From IMG/VR virus record IMGVR_UViG_3300035492_000225: DNA of 64,000 nt; one strand, 5' to 3'. Below, piece by piece: positions 1-8,856 of the stretch. The notes beneath the pieces are model-generated. The model ran no database searches, was not told the DNA's origin, and worked only from the letters and a program-made list of their open reading frames with translations. A program made the position numbers and the translations under genes. How positions within the stretch are numbered: the stretch's first letter is position 1; each line of letters starts with the position of its first letter. This DNA is from a virus.

Positions 1-26
1 GCGTAGTTCGTTCAATTGGTAGACAG

Positions 27-58
27 CATATACGGGAGGCGTTGACCTCCCGTATATG
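27..58. repeat. Palindromic hairpin, variant of the CATAGAGAGG family
   Basis: catatacgggagg-cgttga-cctcccgtatatg, preceded by GACAG like other copies; abuts the stop of 62..355. Confidence 0.75.
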
Positions 59-61
59 TCG

Positions 62-355
62 TTATGACCTGCTGACAGCCATCTGATAGAATTCTTTATT
101 GATCTCGATGAGATCGTCAACACTGCTGGCGCTAGTCAGTGAATCGAGAAACACTCCAGCACTAGCCTGACAATGAGTAATCAAATGCTTAGCTGACTCG
201 AATTCATCGCCGCTAAGTATAGTTGGGTTGCTTCGTTTAATGAGTTGGAGAAACACATTCAAGTGCGATGCTGTGATGCGCGCGGCTACCCAGCGTTCAC
301 GATTATCCATGTGACCTGCAAATCCACCTGTCGCAGGTTTTACGATAGTGAGCAT
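62..355 (-). CDS. Hypothetical protein (97 aa)
   Basis: ORF on the dominant strand with GAGG upstream; ends at a hairpin. Confidence 0.6.
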   Translation of the reverse strand: MLTIVKPATGGFAGHMDNRERWVAARITASHLNVFLQLIKRSNPTILSGDEFESAKHLITHCQASAGVFLDSLTSASSVDDLIEINKEFYQMAVSRS

Positions 356-604
356 ACTGACCTCAGAGTCTTATAAATACACAGTATCGGCAAAAAAAGA
401 AAGGTGGCTACGGATTCTGATCCACGACTCACTATTCGATAACCCATTTGTTATCAGTGGCCGTGCTCAGAATCCGTTTTCCTAGTGCGTTGCGTCACTG
501 GTGCCTTTTGCCGAACCTAATCGGTCTCCGTCTTTATTTTCGCATAATAGATAAGGTATCTGTTTTCGATAAAATGTCGATAGATACCCTTGATGTGCCA
601 TCAC

Positions 605-1621
605 TTATACCAGGTCAGACAGATGATCTACCAGGATCGCACTCCAGGCTTCGAACTTGGTGGCGTTTTCACGGATTTGTTCGGCTGTCTGCCACCCGAT
701 GGTGGTGTAGTTCGAGTCACTCACCACAAAGTCAACATCATCGGGTACTTCACAGGTCGCCACCACACAGAAATGGGTATTACCGACATGACCTTTCTTT
801 TCAGGAAGGTAGTCGGACAGGAACCCTTTCGGAACAATAACGAACTCAATATCGTTATCGACTTCATTGGTGATCGGTGCCTTACCGAAAAGATCGGTGT
901 AGAGTGTGGCAGCACTGATAATGACTTCAGATGCTGTATACACTACACCCCGTTCACTGTTTTCGGGATCACGCACCAGCAGGTACTTATCGCCCTTCAG
1001 ACAGGCTTTTTCACGCAGCGCTTCAAACGCAGCCTCGTCCTCCAGTCGAGTCGAATCGATGTTGTTCATACCCAGTTCTTTGGCCACGGCATTACAGATG
1101 TCGTCGAACTCCATCTCACGCTCTTCCTGACCGATGAACTTCACTTCCTCGAACAGTTCCCGGTAAGCGCTACGCAATGTCGAATAGTACGATGATGGAC
1201 ATTCGTTGAACTGCTTCAGGATACGGTCGTCTTCAGCGCAGTTAGCGTGACAGGACAGGTCAACTACCTCGACATGTCCACCGAAGCCAATGGAGAAACT
1301 ACCCTGAAGATTCGGGTCAGAGCCAGCAGAACGCTGGTAGACGCCATAGACAGTCTGACCATCAATCTTCTTGTACAAGACGGTGTACATGATCAATTGG
1401 CGGACGGATTCGGTTGCGTCTATGGTGCTACGACGCAATCCAGTGAAACCAGCATCCATGTCCATCATGTGTTGGAAGATTTCTTCCAACGAATACGCCT
1501 TGAAACTACCGGACATATCCGGGACGATATCCTGTTTGATCTGCGCGGGGAGATAGCCGAAGGTCATTTCACCGCGTTTCTTCTTTTCGAAATGGATCTT
1601 GGCGCTCATATTGTCTTTCAT
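605..1621 (-). CDS. NUDIX-family phosphoesterase-like protein
   Basis: VRQLIMY...YQR...SIGFGGH motif and NUDIX-box-like RSAYRELFEEV. Confidence 0.75.
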   Translation of the reverse strand: MKDNMSAKIHFEKKKRGEMTFGYLPAQIKQDIVPDMSGSFKAYSLEEIFQHMMDMDAGFTGLRRSTIDATESVRQLIMYTVLYKKIDGQTVYGVYQRSAGSDPNLQGSFSIGFGGHVEVVDLSCHANCAEDDRILKQFNECPSSYYSTLRSAYRELFEEVKFIGQEEREMEFDDICNAVAKELGMNNIDSTRLEDEAAFEALREKACLKGDKYLLVRDPENSERGVVYTASEVIISAATLYTDLFGKAPITNEVDNDIEFVIVPKGFLSDYLPEKKGHVGNTHFCVVATCEVPDDVDFVVSDSNYTTIGWQTAEQIRENATKFEAWSAILVDHLSDLV

Positions 1622-1695
1622 GCACTGCTCCTTACTGGGGGGGTGGAATAGGACTGGTTATTACCGAGTCGATTACACATAATCCACCTATTGGG

Positions 1696-2391
1696 TTAAA
1701 ATGAAACTACTTTCTCACGGATACTGACTTCGCATTGGAAGTCTTTGACGTAATCGGGTTTGATAGCTGTTACGATGTTCTGTGAACGGATCACCCATTC
1801 ACCACTATCGTCTTCGAGCCCTACTACGATGGTACCGCGCACAGCTTCTTTACGAAATACCGTACGTAATGCCGGCGGTGCATCGTGACGATTGAACTGG
1901 AGGTTATATGTAATGGCACCGTTCTTAAGAGAAGAGGTCCTCAGAATCTTCTCCCAGACCAGTGCTTTTTCGTCACCCATCACCGGATGACGCATTGTTA
2001 CTGTCACGTAGTGATCAGGTCGACGGTGACGTTTGACTTCACGGGGTCCTTTGAGATGCCGGTTCATCATGAGTGAATAGAACGCATGACTCACGGCATT
2101 TTTGGGTATGTGTCCTCGCCACTCACGCAGCCATTGTGGGATGATATCACCGTCACCACGTCGTACGGTGGAATTGACCATATTCTCCGCTTTGAAGTCG
2201 GTATCAGTCGACAGTAGAATACCACGACATGCATCCAACACCTCCTCGGTAATGTGGTCTGGGTGTGGTGCGATGATGGTCTCAGTACCCAGTTTCTTCA
2301 GCTCTTCCGGCATCTCTCCCATCAGTTCCAGGACATCTGGATGGTCCTCGGCATAGGTACGCAGCTTTTCAAACCACTCTACATAATTCAT
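1696..2391 (-). CDS. Hypothetical protein
   Basis: ORF; start moved to ATG 2391 behind AAGGA. Confidence 0.65.
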   Translation of the reverse strand: MNYVEWFEKLRTYAEDHPDVLELMGEMPEELKKLGTETIIAPHPDHITEEVLDACRGILLSTDTDFKAENMVNSTVRRGDGDIIPQWLREWRGHIPKNAVSHAFYSLMMNRHLKGPREVKRHRRPDHYVTVTMRHPVMGDEKALVWEKILRTSSLKNGAITYNLQFNRHDAPPALRTVFRKEAVRGTIVVGLEDDSGEWVIRSQNIVTAIKPDYVKDFQCEVSIREKVVSF

Positions 2392-2488
2392 GTATATTTC
2401 CTTATAGTCTTGACAAAGAGTTATGGTACTGGGGGTATTATTAACAGACGGCATATGAGGAGGCTGAATGCCTCCTCATTATGACGAC

Positions 2489-3013
2489 TCAGCGATAAGA
2501 GGCATAACGATGGTTGTTGTAATCGGGTTTGAAACGACGCATCCAACCTATCAGTTCGTTGCGATCTGATTTAGAGAGTAAGTTGATAGAAAACCGTGCG
2601 AGTTTCAACGGAGTGATATCGCCTGGTTTCTCAAACAAGAACCATGGATTGATCTGAGGGGCCCTGAACGCCCCAGGAAGGGTATTATCGATATAACCTT
2701 GAATCAAAGCTGCTTCGACATCGGTAATGAGGTCCAGTCGATCGCCAGTCACTACGTCCAATTCACGTAACTTCACTGGAATAGACGACATCTTGCCATT
2801 AGCGACAAATCCTTCAGCAATCTTAATTTCACGCTGGGACAGACCACGTTCCATCGAGAGCTTGGCCAGAACGACATTCTGACCCTTGGGGACATCGCCT
2901 TTCACGACATACATCTCGCTGCCCGGACTTCCCATAATGACAGGGACTACGTATTTACCTCTTGACATTTTCATAACCTTAGATGTGAGTAATGCGTCAT
3001 TATGCTCAGACAT
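2489..3013 (-). CDS. Hypothetical protein (174 aa)
   Basis: ORF in co-oriented run. Confidence 0.65.
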   Translation of the reverse strand: MSEHNDALLTSKVMKMSRGKYVVPVIMGSPGSEMYVVKGDVPKGQNVVLAKLSMERGLSQREIKIAEGFVANGKMSSIPVKLRELDVVTGDRLDLITDVEAALIQGYIDNTLPGAFRAPQINPWFLFEKPGDITPLKLARFSINLLSKSDRNELIGWMRRFKPDYNNHRYASYR

Positions 3014-3065
3014 ACTCTAAATGGTGCATATCTGCTTCATAAAGAATATGTCTGAGTCACATGAA

Positions 3066-3515
3066 TTACTTCACATCCTTGGGTGTGATGAGTTTCATCT
3101 GATGTTCATCAGCAGGGCGAAGTCGAGTGAGGACAGCCCCTGTCACCATCTCACTGTCATCCAGGATAAGAAGACAGAGGTATTCCGTCGGATATTCTGG
3201 CACCTGTTGAAATACATGGACTGGGTAGACATCCATGTGTCCGATCAATGTATCGACTTGATCACAGCGAACAAAATCGGTTTTACCCAATCCATTGCCA
3301 ACGGGCTCATAAAGCAACTGAGCCATCCCGAGGGTAACGCCCAGTGCGTAACGGAAATCCTCCGATTCCTTACTGGCCAACAGGATCATTGCACGTACCA
3401 CATCCATTGACAATGTTTGCACACCCCAGTCAAGAGCATTGTCTGGATTTGGCAATGCCGACATTACGTCGGCAATGGATTGAGCGGGGGTTTTACTAGC
3501 TACGAATTTTGACAT
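3066..3515 (-). CDS. Hypothetical protein (149 aa)
   Basis: ORF with AGGAG RBS. Confidence 0.7.
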   Translation of the reverse strand: MSKFVASKTPAQSIADVMSALPNPDNALDWGVQTLSMDVVRAMILLASKESEDFRYALGVTLGMAQLLYEPVGNGLGKTDFVRCDQVDTLIGHMDVYPVHVFQQVPEYPTEYLCLLILDDSEMVTGAVLTRLRPADEHQMKLITPKDVK

Positions 3516-3524
3516 AATACACTC

Positions 3525-5480
3525 CTAGAAATAACTGACTTGGGTGATTCCTAATGCTTTGGCCTTCTTCAGCTTGTCCGGTCCAGCACCAGCACCGACA
3601 TAGATGACATCAGTATTCTTACTGACAGATTTGCTCAACTTAGCACCGCGCGCCTGGACCCATTCCTCCATTTCTTTACGGGAACGTCCTTCAAATACAG
3701 ATCCAGTTACCACCACAGTCATTCCAGCCAAGTCTTGCTGTTCTGCTTTGGGACGCTTAGTTTCTACATAGGTCAGCGTCTTATCCAGATTGGTCAGATC
3801 ACCGGCTTGCAGGTCATCCAACGTCATGATGCTGGAGACAACTGCTGGACCAATGTCTGCGATGGATGTGATGTCTTCTTCGGAAGCCGACATAAGTTCG
3901 ACGAAAGAATGGAACTTCTCTGCCAAAGACCGTGCAGTTGAATCACCGATCTCAGGTAGACCCACTGCCCGAAGTACTTTGAAGAACGGAATGGTTTTTA
4001 CCTTACTGATGTTGTCCAGTATCTTGGCGGTCATAGCGCTACCGACACCAGCTTGATAAAAATCATCTTCATTCAGATAGAACAAACTATTGAAAGAACC
4101 CAGAGAACCGGAGACAATCAGCGCCTCTACCACTGCTGGTCCCATGTACTTGACATCGATACCATCTCGACTCACGAAATGAGCCATGCGGTTGATCAAC
4201 TGTGCAGGACACGTTACCTTGTTGGTGCAAAGTAATTCGATACCGGTCGCTGATCGTGTCGTAGGCTCTCCACAGGAGGGGCAGGTATCCGGTGTCCCTA
4301 TGACACCATGTTCATCTTCCCTCAGTGCTACTACCACTGATTCGATCTTAGGGATAACATCTCCTCGGCGAGATACCACTACCGTATCCGATAGTCTCAA
4401 ATCCAGGCGCTCAATCTCGGTCAAATTATGCAAGGTCACGCTACTGACGGTGACGCCACATACAACGACCGGATCAATTTTTGCTACTGGAGTAATGACT
4501 CCTGTACGCCCCACCTGAAACTCTACAGCTCTAAGGATGCTAGTTGCCGTCTGTGCTTGAAACTTATACGCAGTAGCCCAACGCGGTGTGGTGGACTTGG
4601 AACCAAGTTTCTTTCGCTCAGATGATGACAATACCTTGATGACCATCCCATCGATATCGTAGCCGATATCAGCACGCCCTTCCATAGATCGATTGATAGC
4701 ATCCATCAACTCATCGTTTCGATCAGATACACCCACCCAAGGCCGCTCGACTAAGATAAAGTCATCCATATCCTCTTCATACGCGTAGACGTCAGTGTTC
4801 TCCCATTCCCCGTCTTTGGTTTTCTGAATATACAGGTCATATGCAATAAAAGTCACTTTACCCAGATGACTAGGGTCGGCATCCAGGCTACGTAGAAGAC
4901 CCGCTACGGCGTTCCTGGGATTGGCATACACAGTCTTGCCAGATGCTTGACGTGCCGTGTTGAGACTATGGAATACGTCATTCTTGATGATGACTTCACC
5001 ACGGACGATGATGCTGTGGAGTCCTTTCAATGAAGATTGTAGGTCGAATGGAATACCTCTGAAGTAACAGGCGTTCTCAGTAACATCATCACCCACCTCG
5101 CCATCACCGCGAGTAGAGGCGACAAAGAGCTTGTTGTTACGGTAGACCAGTTCCAGACTGGCTCCATCAAGCTTATACTCGAGGCCAATGGTAGTCTCCA
5201 CTGGCAGCGTGGATAGCCACTGGATCACTTCGCCTTCATCGAAGACGTTATCGAGTGACAACATCGGTACTGGGTGGGTGAATTTATCGAACCCACCATT
5301 ACTCGGAGCACCAACTTGGTTGATGGGAGACAGCGGATCTGTACTCCCTGGCTCCAGCGCAGTCAGTTCTGCCTTGAGGGAATCGTATACCTCATCGGAT
5401 ACAGACGATTCCCCTTTATTGTAATACTCATCGTTCAGTTGCGCGATGAGTTTACGTAATTCTTTAACCCGTTTCTTCAT
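3525..5480 (-). CDS. ligA: NAD-dependent DNA ligase
   Basis: EYKLDG adenylation motif, STRGDG, RWATAYKF, OB fold, Cys4 Zn finger (CPSCG..C..C), HhH and C-terminal BRCT. Confidence 0.97.
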   Translation of the reverse strand: MKKRVKELRKLIAQLNDEYYNKGESSVSDEVYDSLKAELTALEPGSTDPLSPINQVGAPSNGGFDKFTHPVPMLSLDNVFDEGEVIQWLSTLPVETTIGLEYKLDGASLELVYRNNKLFVASTRGDGEVGDDVTENACYFRGIPFDLQSSLKGLHSIIVRGEVIIKNDVFHSLNTARQASGKTVYANPRNAVAGLLRSLDADPSHLGKVTFIAYDLYIQKTKDGEWENTDVYAYEEDMDDFILVERPWVGVSDRNDELMDAINRSMEGRADIGYDIDGMVIKVLSSSERKKLGSKSTTPRWATAYKFQAQTATSILRAVEFQVGRTGVITPVAKIDPVVVCGVTVSSVTLHNLTEIERLDLRLSDTVVVSRRGDVIPKIESVVVALREDEHGVIGTPDTCPSCGEPTTRSATGIELLCTNKVTCPAQLINRMAHFVSRDGIDVKYMGPAVVEALIVSGSLGSFNSLFYLNEDDFYQAGVGSAMTAKILDNISKVKTIPFFKVLRAVGLPEIGDSTARSLAEKFHSFVELMSASEEDITSIADIGPAVVSSIMTLDDLQAGDLTNLDKTLTYVETKRPKAEQQDLAGMTVVVTGSVFEGRSRKEMEEWVQARGAKLSKSVSKNTDVIYVGAGAGPDKLKKAKALGITQVSYF

Positions 5481-5854
5481 GAGGATGTCCCTCGACGTTT
5501 ACGCTTGGGTTTGACATGATTGAGAGTAAGATAACTGCGTTCAGGATCATTGATCAATTCATCAACACCCTTATCTATCTTGGTTTTTGATTTGACAGCA
5601 TACTCATAAACCACGATCACATTATCTTTCTCGTAAAGGATGTTGAGGAGTTTACAAGGATGAGTACCCTTACTGAGCATGATCAGTTGCTTATCGACGA
5701 CCTTACTGACATCATCAGCTTTGTCGACGTAATAACGACCTGTTGCCTCATGTTCAAGGCAAAAGTATCCTGATTTAGTCGATGTAGATCGTTTACTACG
5801 TCCTGATGACGAATGAAGCCACCGAGTGACTACAGCTACCGCACCCATACTCAC
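5477..5854 (-). CDS. Degenerate GIY-YIG-like protein
   Basis: SGYFCLEHEATGRYYV...L..GTHPCKLL resembles the GIY-YIG N-terminal strands, but motifs are altered. Confidence 0.5.
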   Translation of the reverse strand: MSMGAVAVVTRWLHSSSGRSKRSTSTKSGYFCLEHEATGRYYVDKADDVSKVVDKQLIMLSKGTHPCKLLNILYEKDNVIVVYEYAVKSKTKIDKGVDELINDPERSYLTLNHVKPKRKRRGTSS

Positions 5855-5879
5855 CTCACGATTTATACTCTTTCCTATA

Positions 5880-5904
5880 ATGTACCGTCATGATTTTTTT
5901 GAAT
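5880..5904 (-). promoter_or_regulatory. Putative phage promoter, ATTCAAA-N13-TACAT
   Basis: Same spacing as five other intergenic copies. Confidence 0.55.
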
Positions 5905-5911
5905 ACATGAG

Positions 5912-5951
5912 AAAAAAAAAATAAAGGCAGGAGGACATTGTCCTCCTGCCT
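5912..5951 (-). terminator. Intrinsic terminator
   Basis: 12-bp stem aggcaggaggac/gtcctcctgcct followed by a U-run on the minus strand. Confidence 0.85.
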
Positions 5952-5953
5952 CA

Positions 5954-6331
5954 TCACCGATACCCGATCTCAGCAAAGGGATTGGAACGTTCTTCATCGT
6001 CAACATGAATTTGCACTGGGGTAGGTTTCGATGATTTCTCTTCCATCGACTTACTTTTCAGTATTTTACGCATCCAGTCGATGTTATAGCCTGAAAACTC
6101 GATGTGTTTGTCACAGGACATCAGCCCTCGTTTGACATTGAATGCATCCATGAGCTCACGCATTTTGGCAAGGTTATCTACCACTGCCCACATCACCGGT
6201 TCATCATCGGTATGAAAAGAATCTGCAATAGTACTGAGGTGCATTATCTTCTCAACACCCAGTAACTCGGCAAGTCGATATACCTCTGATTCTGAATCGG
6301 CAAAAATGACACTCAGTTTACTATCACGCAT
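5954..6331 (-). CDS. Hypothetical protein (125 aa)
   Basis: ORF with AAGGAG RBS. Confidence 0.7.
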   Translation of the reverse strand: MRDSKLSVIFADSESEVYRLAELLGVEKIMHLSTIADSFHTDDEPVMWAVVDNLAKMRELMDAFNVKRGLMSCDKHIEFSGYNIDWMRKILKSKSMEEKSSKPTPVQIHVDDEERSNPFAEIGYR

Positions 6332-6345
6332 AACAGACTCCTTGT

Positions 6346-6966
6346 TTACTCTATGGTTTCACCTGGTAATGTGAAGTTCCAGGTCATTGTTTCCAGGCCC
6401 GTTCTATCACTGTTGTTGAACATGTCGTACAGCTGTCTTTCAAGTGCATGTCTCTGTGCTGTAAGATGCGCCATGGCTGGTGCAAATAACGCATCATTCT
6501 CTAACACCCTTTGCTTTAGATGACCTAATCCACCAGGTACACCTACACCGTCACGAGCATTGCTTAGATCATAGAGAAAAGGACATACGTCCCTTGGAAT
6601 GTCTTCGATGCTCGATCCAGGGTTTGCCTCCAACCATTCATCAATAGCCTTGGCTTCCTGCAGCTGAACAGTCCATGTAATAGCTTCTGATAACGGGTAG
6701 GTTGATTTTAGGTCCTGGATGATATTCTCATAATCCAAGTTGAGTTCTCCTGTACGAAGCAGGAGAAGATCAAAAAGACCCATCTTTTCTACCGGAGTAC
6801 TTGGTGGTATCGTGACAGGTTTACCATTGGCTAAGTTGGAAAGACTATATCCATTTTCTAGATCAGCAATGATCTGGTTGTATTCTTCATCGGTTACAGC
6901 CACACCATCCTGCCAAAGGTTGTGTGTCTGATTGAAGACCTTGTTCCGTTTGGAGAAATACCACAT
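6346..6966 (-). CDS. Putative tail-fibre assembly/chaperone-like protein
   Basis: N-terminus MWYFSK..VF...EYNQIIADLENG...GKPV resembles Tfa-type proteins; lies in the fibre island. Confidence 0.5.
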   Translation of the reverse strand: MWYFSKRNKVFNQTHNLWQDGVAVTDEEYNQIIADLENGYSLSNLANGKPVTIPPSTPVEKMGLFDLLLLRTGELNLDYENIIQDLKSTYPLSEAITWTVQLQEAKAIDEWLEANPGSSIEDIPRDVCPFLYDLSNARDGVGVPGGLGHLKQRVLENDALFAPAMAHLTAQRHALERQLYDMFNNSDRTGLETMTWNFTLPGETIE

Positions 6967-6978
6967 GCATCATCCCCT

Positions 6979-7368
6979 TTAATATCCGGTGACCTTTACC
7001 ATAACTGTAACACTACCTGCCAACACCACCGACTCACCTCGTAGAAAAAATGATGTCCCTTTAACTACAGAACCTGTCATTGATGTCAATGATACTGAGT
7101 TGATGGTAGCCATTACTTGTTCTTCGGCGGCCTGCGAACTGGAGATTGCCTGAGGACTGACGTGTAGAATCTCACTAAATCCTGCGTTCGAGTAGTTAAA
7201 TGTATAAGTCCCATTAACTGAAGTGACCGCACCGTACCATTCTTTCAAAGGTCTATTTATCTCACCCGATGATGATGATACGGTTCTCCATTTTCGTTTC
7301 AGTTCTTTGTTTACACTCTCTGTAAGTCGAGAGATGCTTTTTGCAAGTGCTGAAATATTTCCTGCCAT
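6979..7368 (-). CDS. Putative tail-fibre-associated protein
   Basis: S/T/G-rich beta-type sequence (WYGAVTSVNGTYTFNYSNAGF); genomic context. Confidence 0.45.
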   Translation of the reverse strand: MAGNISALAKSISRLTESVNKELKRKWRTVSSSSGEINRPLKEWYGAVTSVNGTYTFNYSNAGFSEILHVSPQAISSSQAAEEQVMATINSVSLTSMTGSVVKGTSFFLRGESVVLAGSVTVMVKVTGY

Positions 7369-7402
7369 ATTTCACCTGTACGTCACGCGGTCGGCATAAT
7401 AG

Positions 7403-7433
7403 ACCTGACTGAGAGAATGACTCTCAGTCAGGT
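7403..7433. terminator. 13-bp hairpin
   Basis: acctgactgagag-aatga-ctctcagtcaggt; no long U-run. Confidence 0.6.
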
Positions 7434-7437
7434 GGAG

Positions 7438-7548
7438 TAGCACAGGCGCCGTGGGTACATACGACGTCTCTCGACATTGCTAATTACCCTGAGAGGAAAG
7501 AGTGGACTGGATCACCCCCTTACGAGTAGACTGAGTCTACCTGTGCTA
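7438..7548 (-). ncRNA. Candidate structured ncRNA/leader
   Basis: Closing stem tagcacagg/cctgtgcta; internal gggta/taccc, ctctc/gagag and gtagac/gtctac pairings; strand assumed from neighbours. Confidence 0.5.
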
Positions 7549-7587
7549 TAGGATAGGTGATATCATTGCCATCATGTATCAACGAGT

Positions 7588-8040
7588 TTATTTCCAGTAG
7601 AACCCACCGAATACTCGAACGCCCAAGAAGAAGATACCTGCTCTCCAGCGAGCGATACCCTCACTGCGCAGTGCACGGTAGAAGATCTCATCGGCCTTTT
7701 TGCGATCGATGTTTTGGTCGGAAGTGCCTTTGTTCACATACAGGTAGTCGTGAACAGTGGCTGAGCGATCACCGTAACCAGCCAGAAGTGCATACAGACC
7801 GAAAAGCAAGACGTTCTTCAGAGCACCGATGGTAGCGAAGTCCGTTTTGAACTCTTTAGGTACGACGATTGGACCGAATTCTTCATCGAAGTACGTAAAG
7901 TCACGCAGGAGCTTACGTTCATTGCGATCGATGTACGATACTTCGAAGGAAGTAAAGCTGGTATTGGACTCATGTCCGTTATATTTAGGTAAAATATCCA
8001 CAGTGTATTTCTCTACGTTGTTAGGACATAGAATCGGCAT
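7588..8040 (-). CDS. DUF1353-like protein
   Basis: IVVPKEFKTDFATI...SATVHDYLY...RKKADEIFYRAL...G pattern; start codon uncertain (ATG lies in a hairpin). Confidence 0.8.
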   Translation of the reverse strand: MPILCPNNVEKYTVDILPKYNGHESNTSFTSFEVSYIDRNERKLLRDFTYFDEEFGPIVVPKEFKTDFATIGALKNVLLFGLYALLAGYGDRSATVHDYLYVNKGTSDQNIDRKKADEIFYRALRSEGIARWRAGIFFLGVRVFGGFYWK

Positions 8041-8065
8041 AGAGAGGAGGGGTGTCCCTCCTCTC
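8037..8065. repeat. CATAGAGAGG-family hairpin (truncated right arm)
   Basis: gcatagagaggaggg-gtgt-ccctcctctc. Confidence 0.75.
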
Positions 8066-8071
8066 CTTTAT

Positions 8072-8851
8072 TCACCGACGCTTGAGTAGTGCTATCATCC
8101 AAGCAGCTGTATCGAATTCCCACCACTTTTCCTTGATCGACTGACGACCTGGGTATCTGTGGTGGTTGTTGTGCCAACCTGCGCAACCAAAGCTGAACAG
8201 ATGCATCCAGATGGAATTCTGCGATTTATCCATCGTAACGAAATTTCGATAGGTAAAGGGCAACTTGACATGAAGACCGATGTTCTGGATAGTGGACATA
8301 ATAGGTGCCAGAGCCCACGGGAGAATAACGGCGAAGAAAGCGCCATTGACTCCAAATGGAATCGCCCACATCAGGAACCAGGCAACCATCCAAAGCACGT
8401 AGTACTTGTGCAGTGACCGATGCAGTGGATCTGCTAACAGACCTCTGGAACTGTGCAATGTACCGATGTTGGGATAACGCCACAGGAGCATATCGAGTAC
8501 AGAACTGTGATGTGGACTATGTGGGTCTAGAGGACTGTCGACATGGACGTGATGTGCCTTATGGAGAGCCGCCCAGCCGGCCGTTGAGCCTGTTCCCGGT
8601 ACGACGCTAGCCAGAATAGCCAACGTGTATTCTACGGGCTTATAGAGCTCGTACGTACGATGTGCGCACCAGCGATGAAGGTAGGCTTCGATCAGTACCA
8701 CATTGAAGACGACTACGATCGCCAACGTGACCCAAAGCCACTGCCAATCGAGGTCAGTGGTGAAAGGCAGTACGATAAGTGCAATAAGGCCGACCAGCAT
8801 CTGCCCGACCATGAACTCACCTCGAGAGCGGGTGATCTCCCAGAATGTCAT
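8072..8851 (-). CDS. Membrane fatty-acid desaturase (delta-9/DesC-OLE1-like), copy 2
   Basis: Three His boxes HRWCAH, HKAHH, HNNHH plus hydrophobic TM segments; start at 8851 behind AAGGAG. Confidence 0.9.
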   Translation of the reverse strand: MTFWEITRSRGEFMVGQMLVGLIALIVLPFTTDLDWQWLWVTLAIVVVFNVVLIEAYLHRWCAHRTYELYKPVEYTLAILASVVPGTGSTAGWAALHKAHHVHVDSPLDPHSPHHSSVLDMLLWRYPNIGTLHSSRGLLADPLHRSLHKYYVLWMVAWFLMWAIPFGVNGAFFAVILPWALAPIMSTIQNIGLHVKLPFTYRNFVTMDKSQNSIWMHLFSFGCAGWHNNHHRYPGRQSIKEKWWEFDTAAWMIALLKRR

Positions 8852-8856
8852 ATCAA

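Noticed and set aside
1-25. gcgtagttcgttcaattggtaga resembles a tRNA 5'/D-arm
   Set aside because: It runs straight into a palindrome-family hairpin; no anticodon or T-arm follows
448-1651. Plus-strand ORFs 448..840, 590..1195, 1247..1651
   Set aside because: Antisense shadows of the NUDIX gene or structured intergenic DNA; no RBS or motifs
7438-7548. HDV-like/theta ribozyme (uuccucuc loop)
   Set aside because: Could not build P1/P1.1/P2 in the required order
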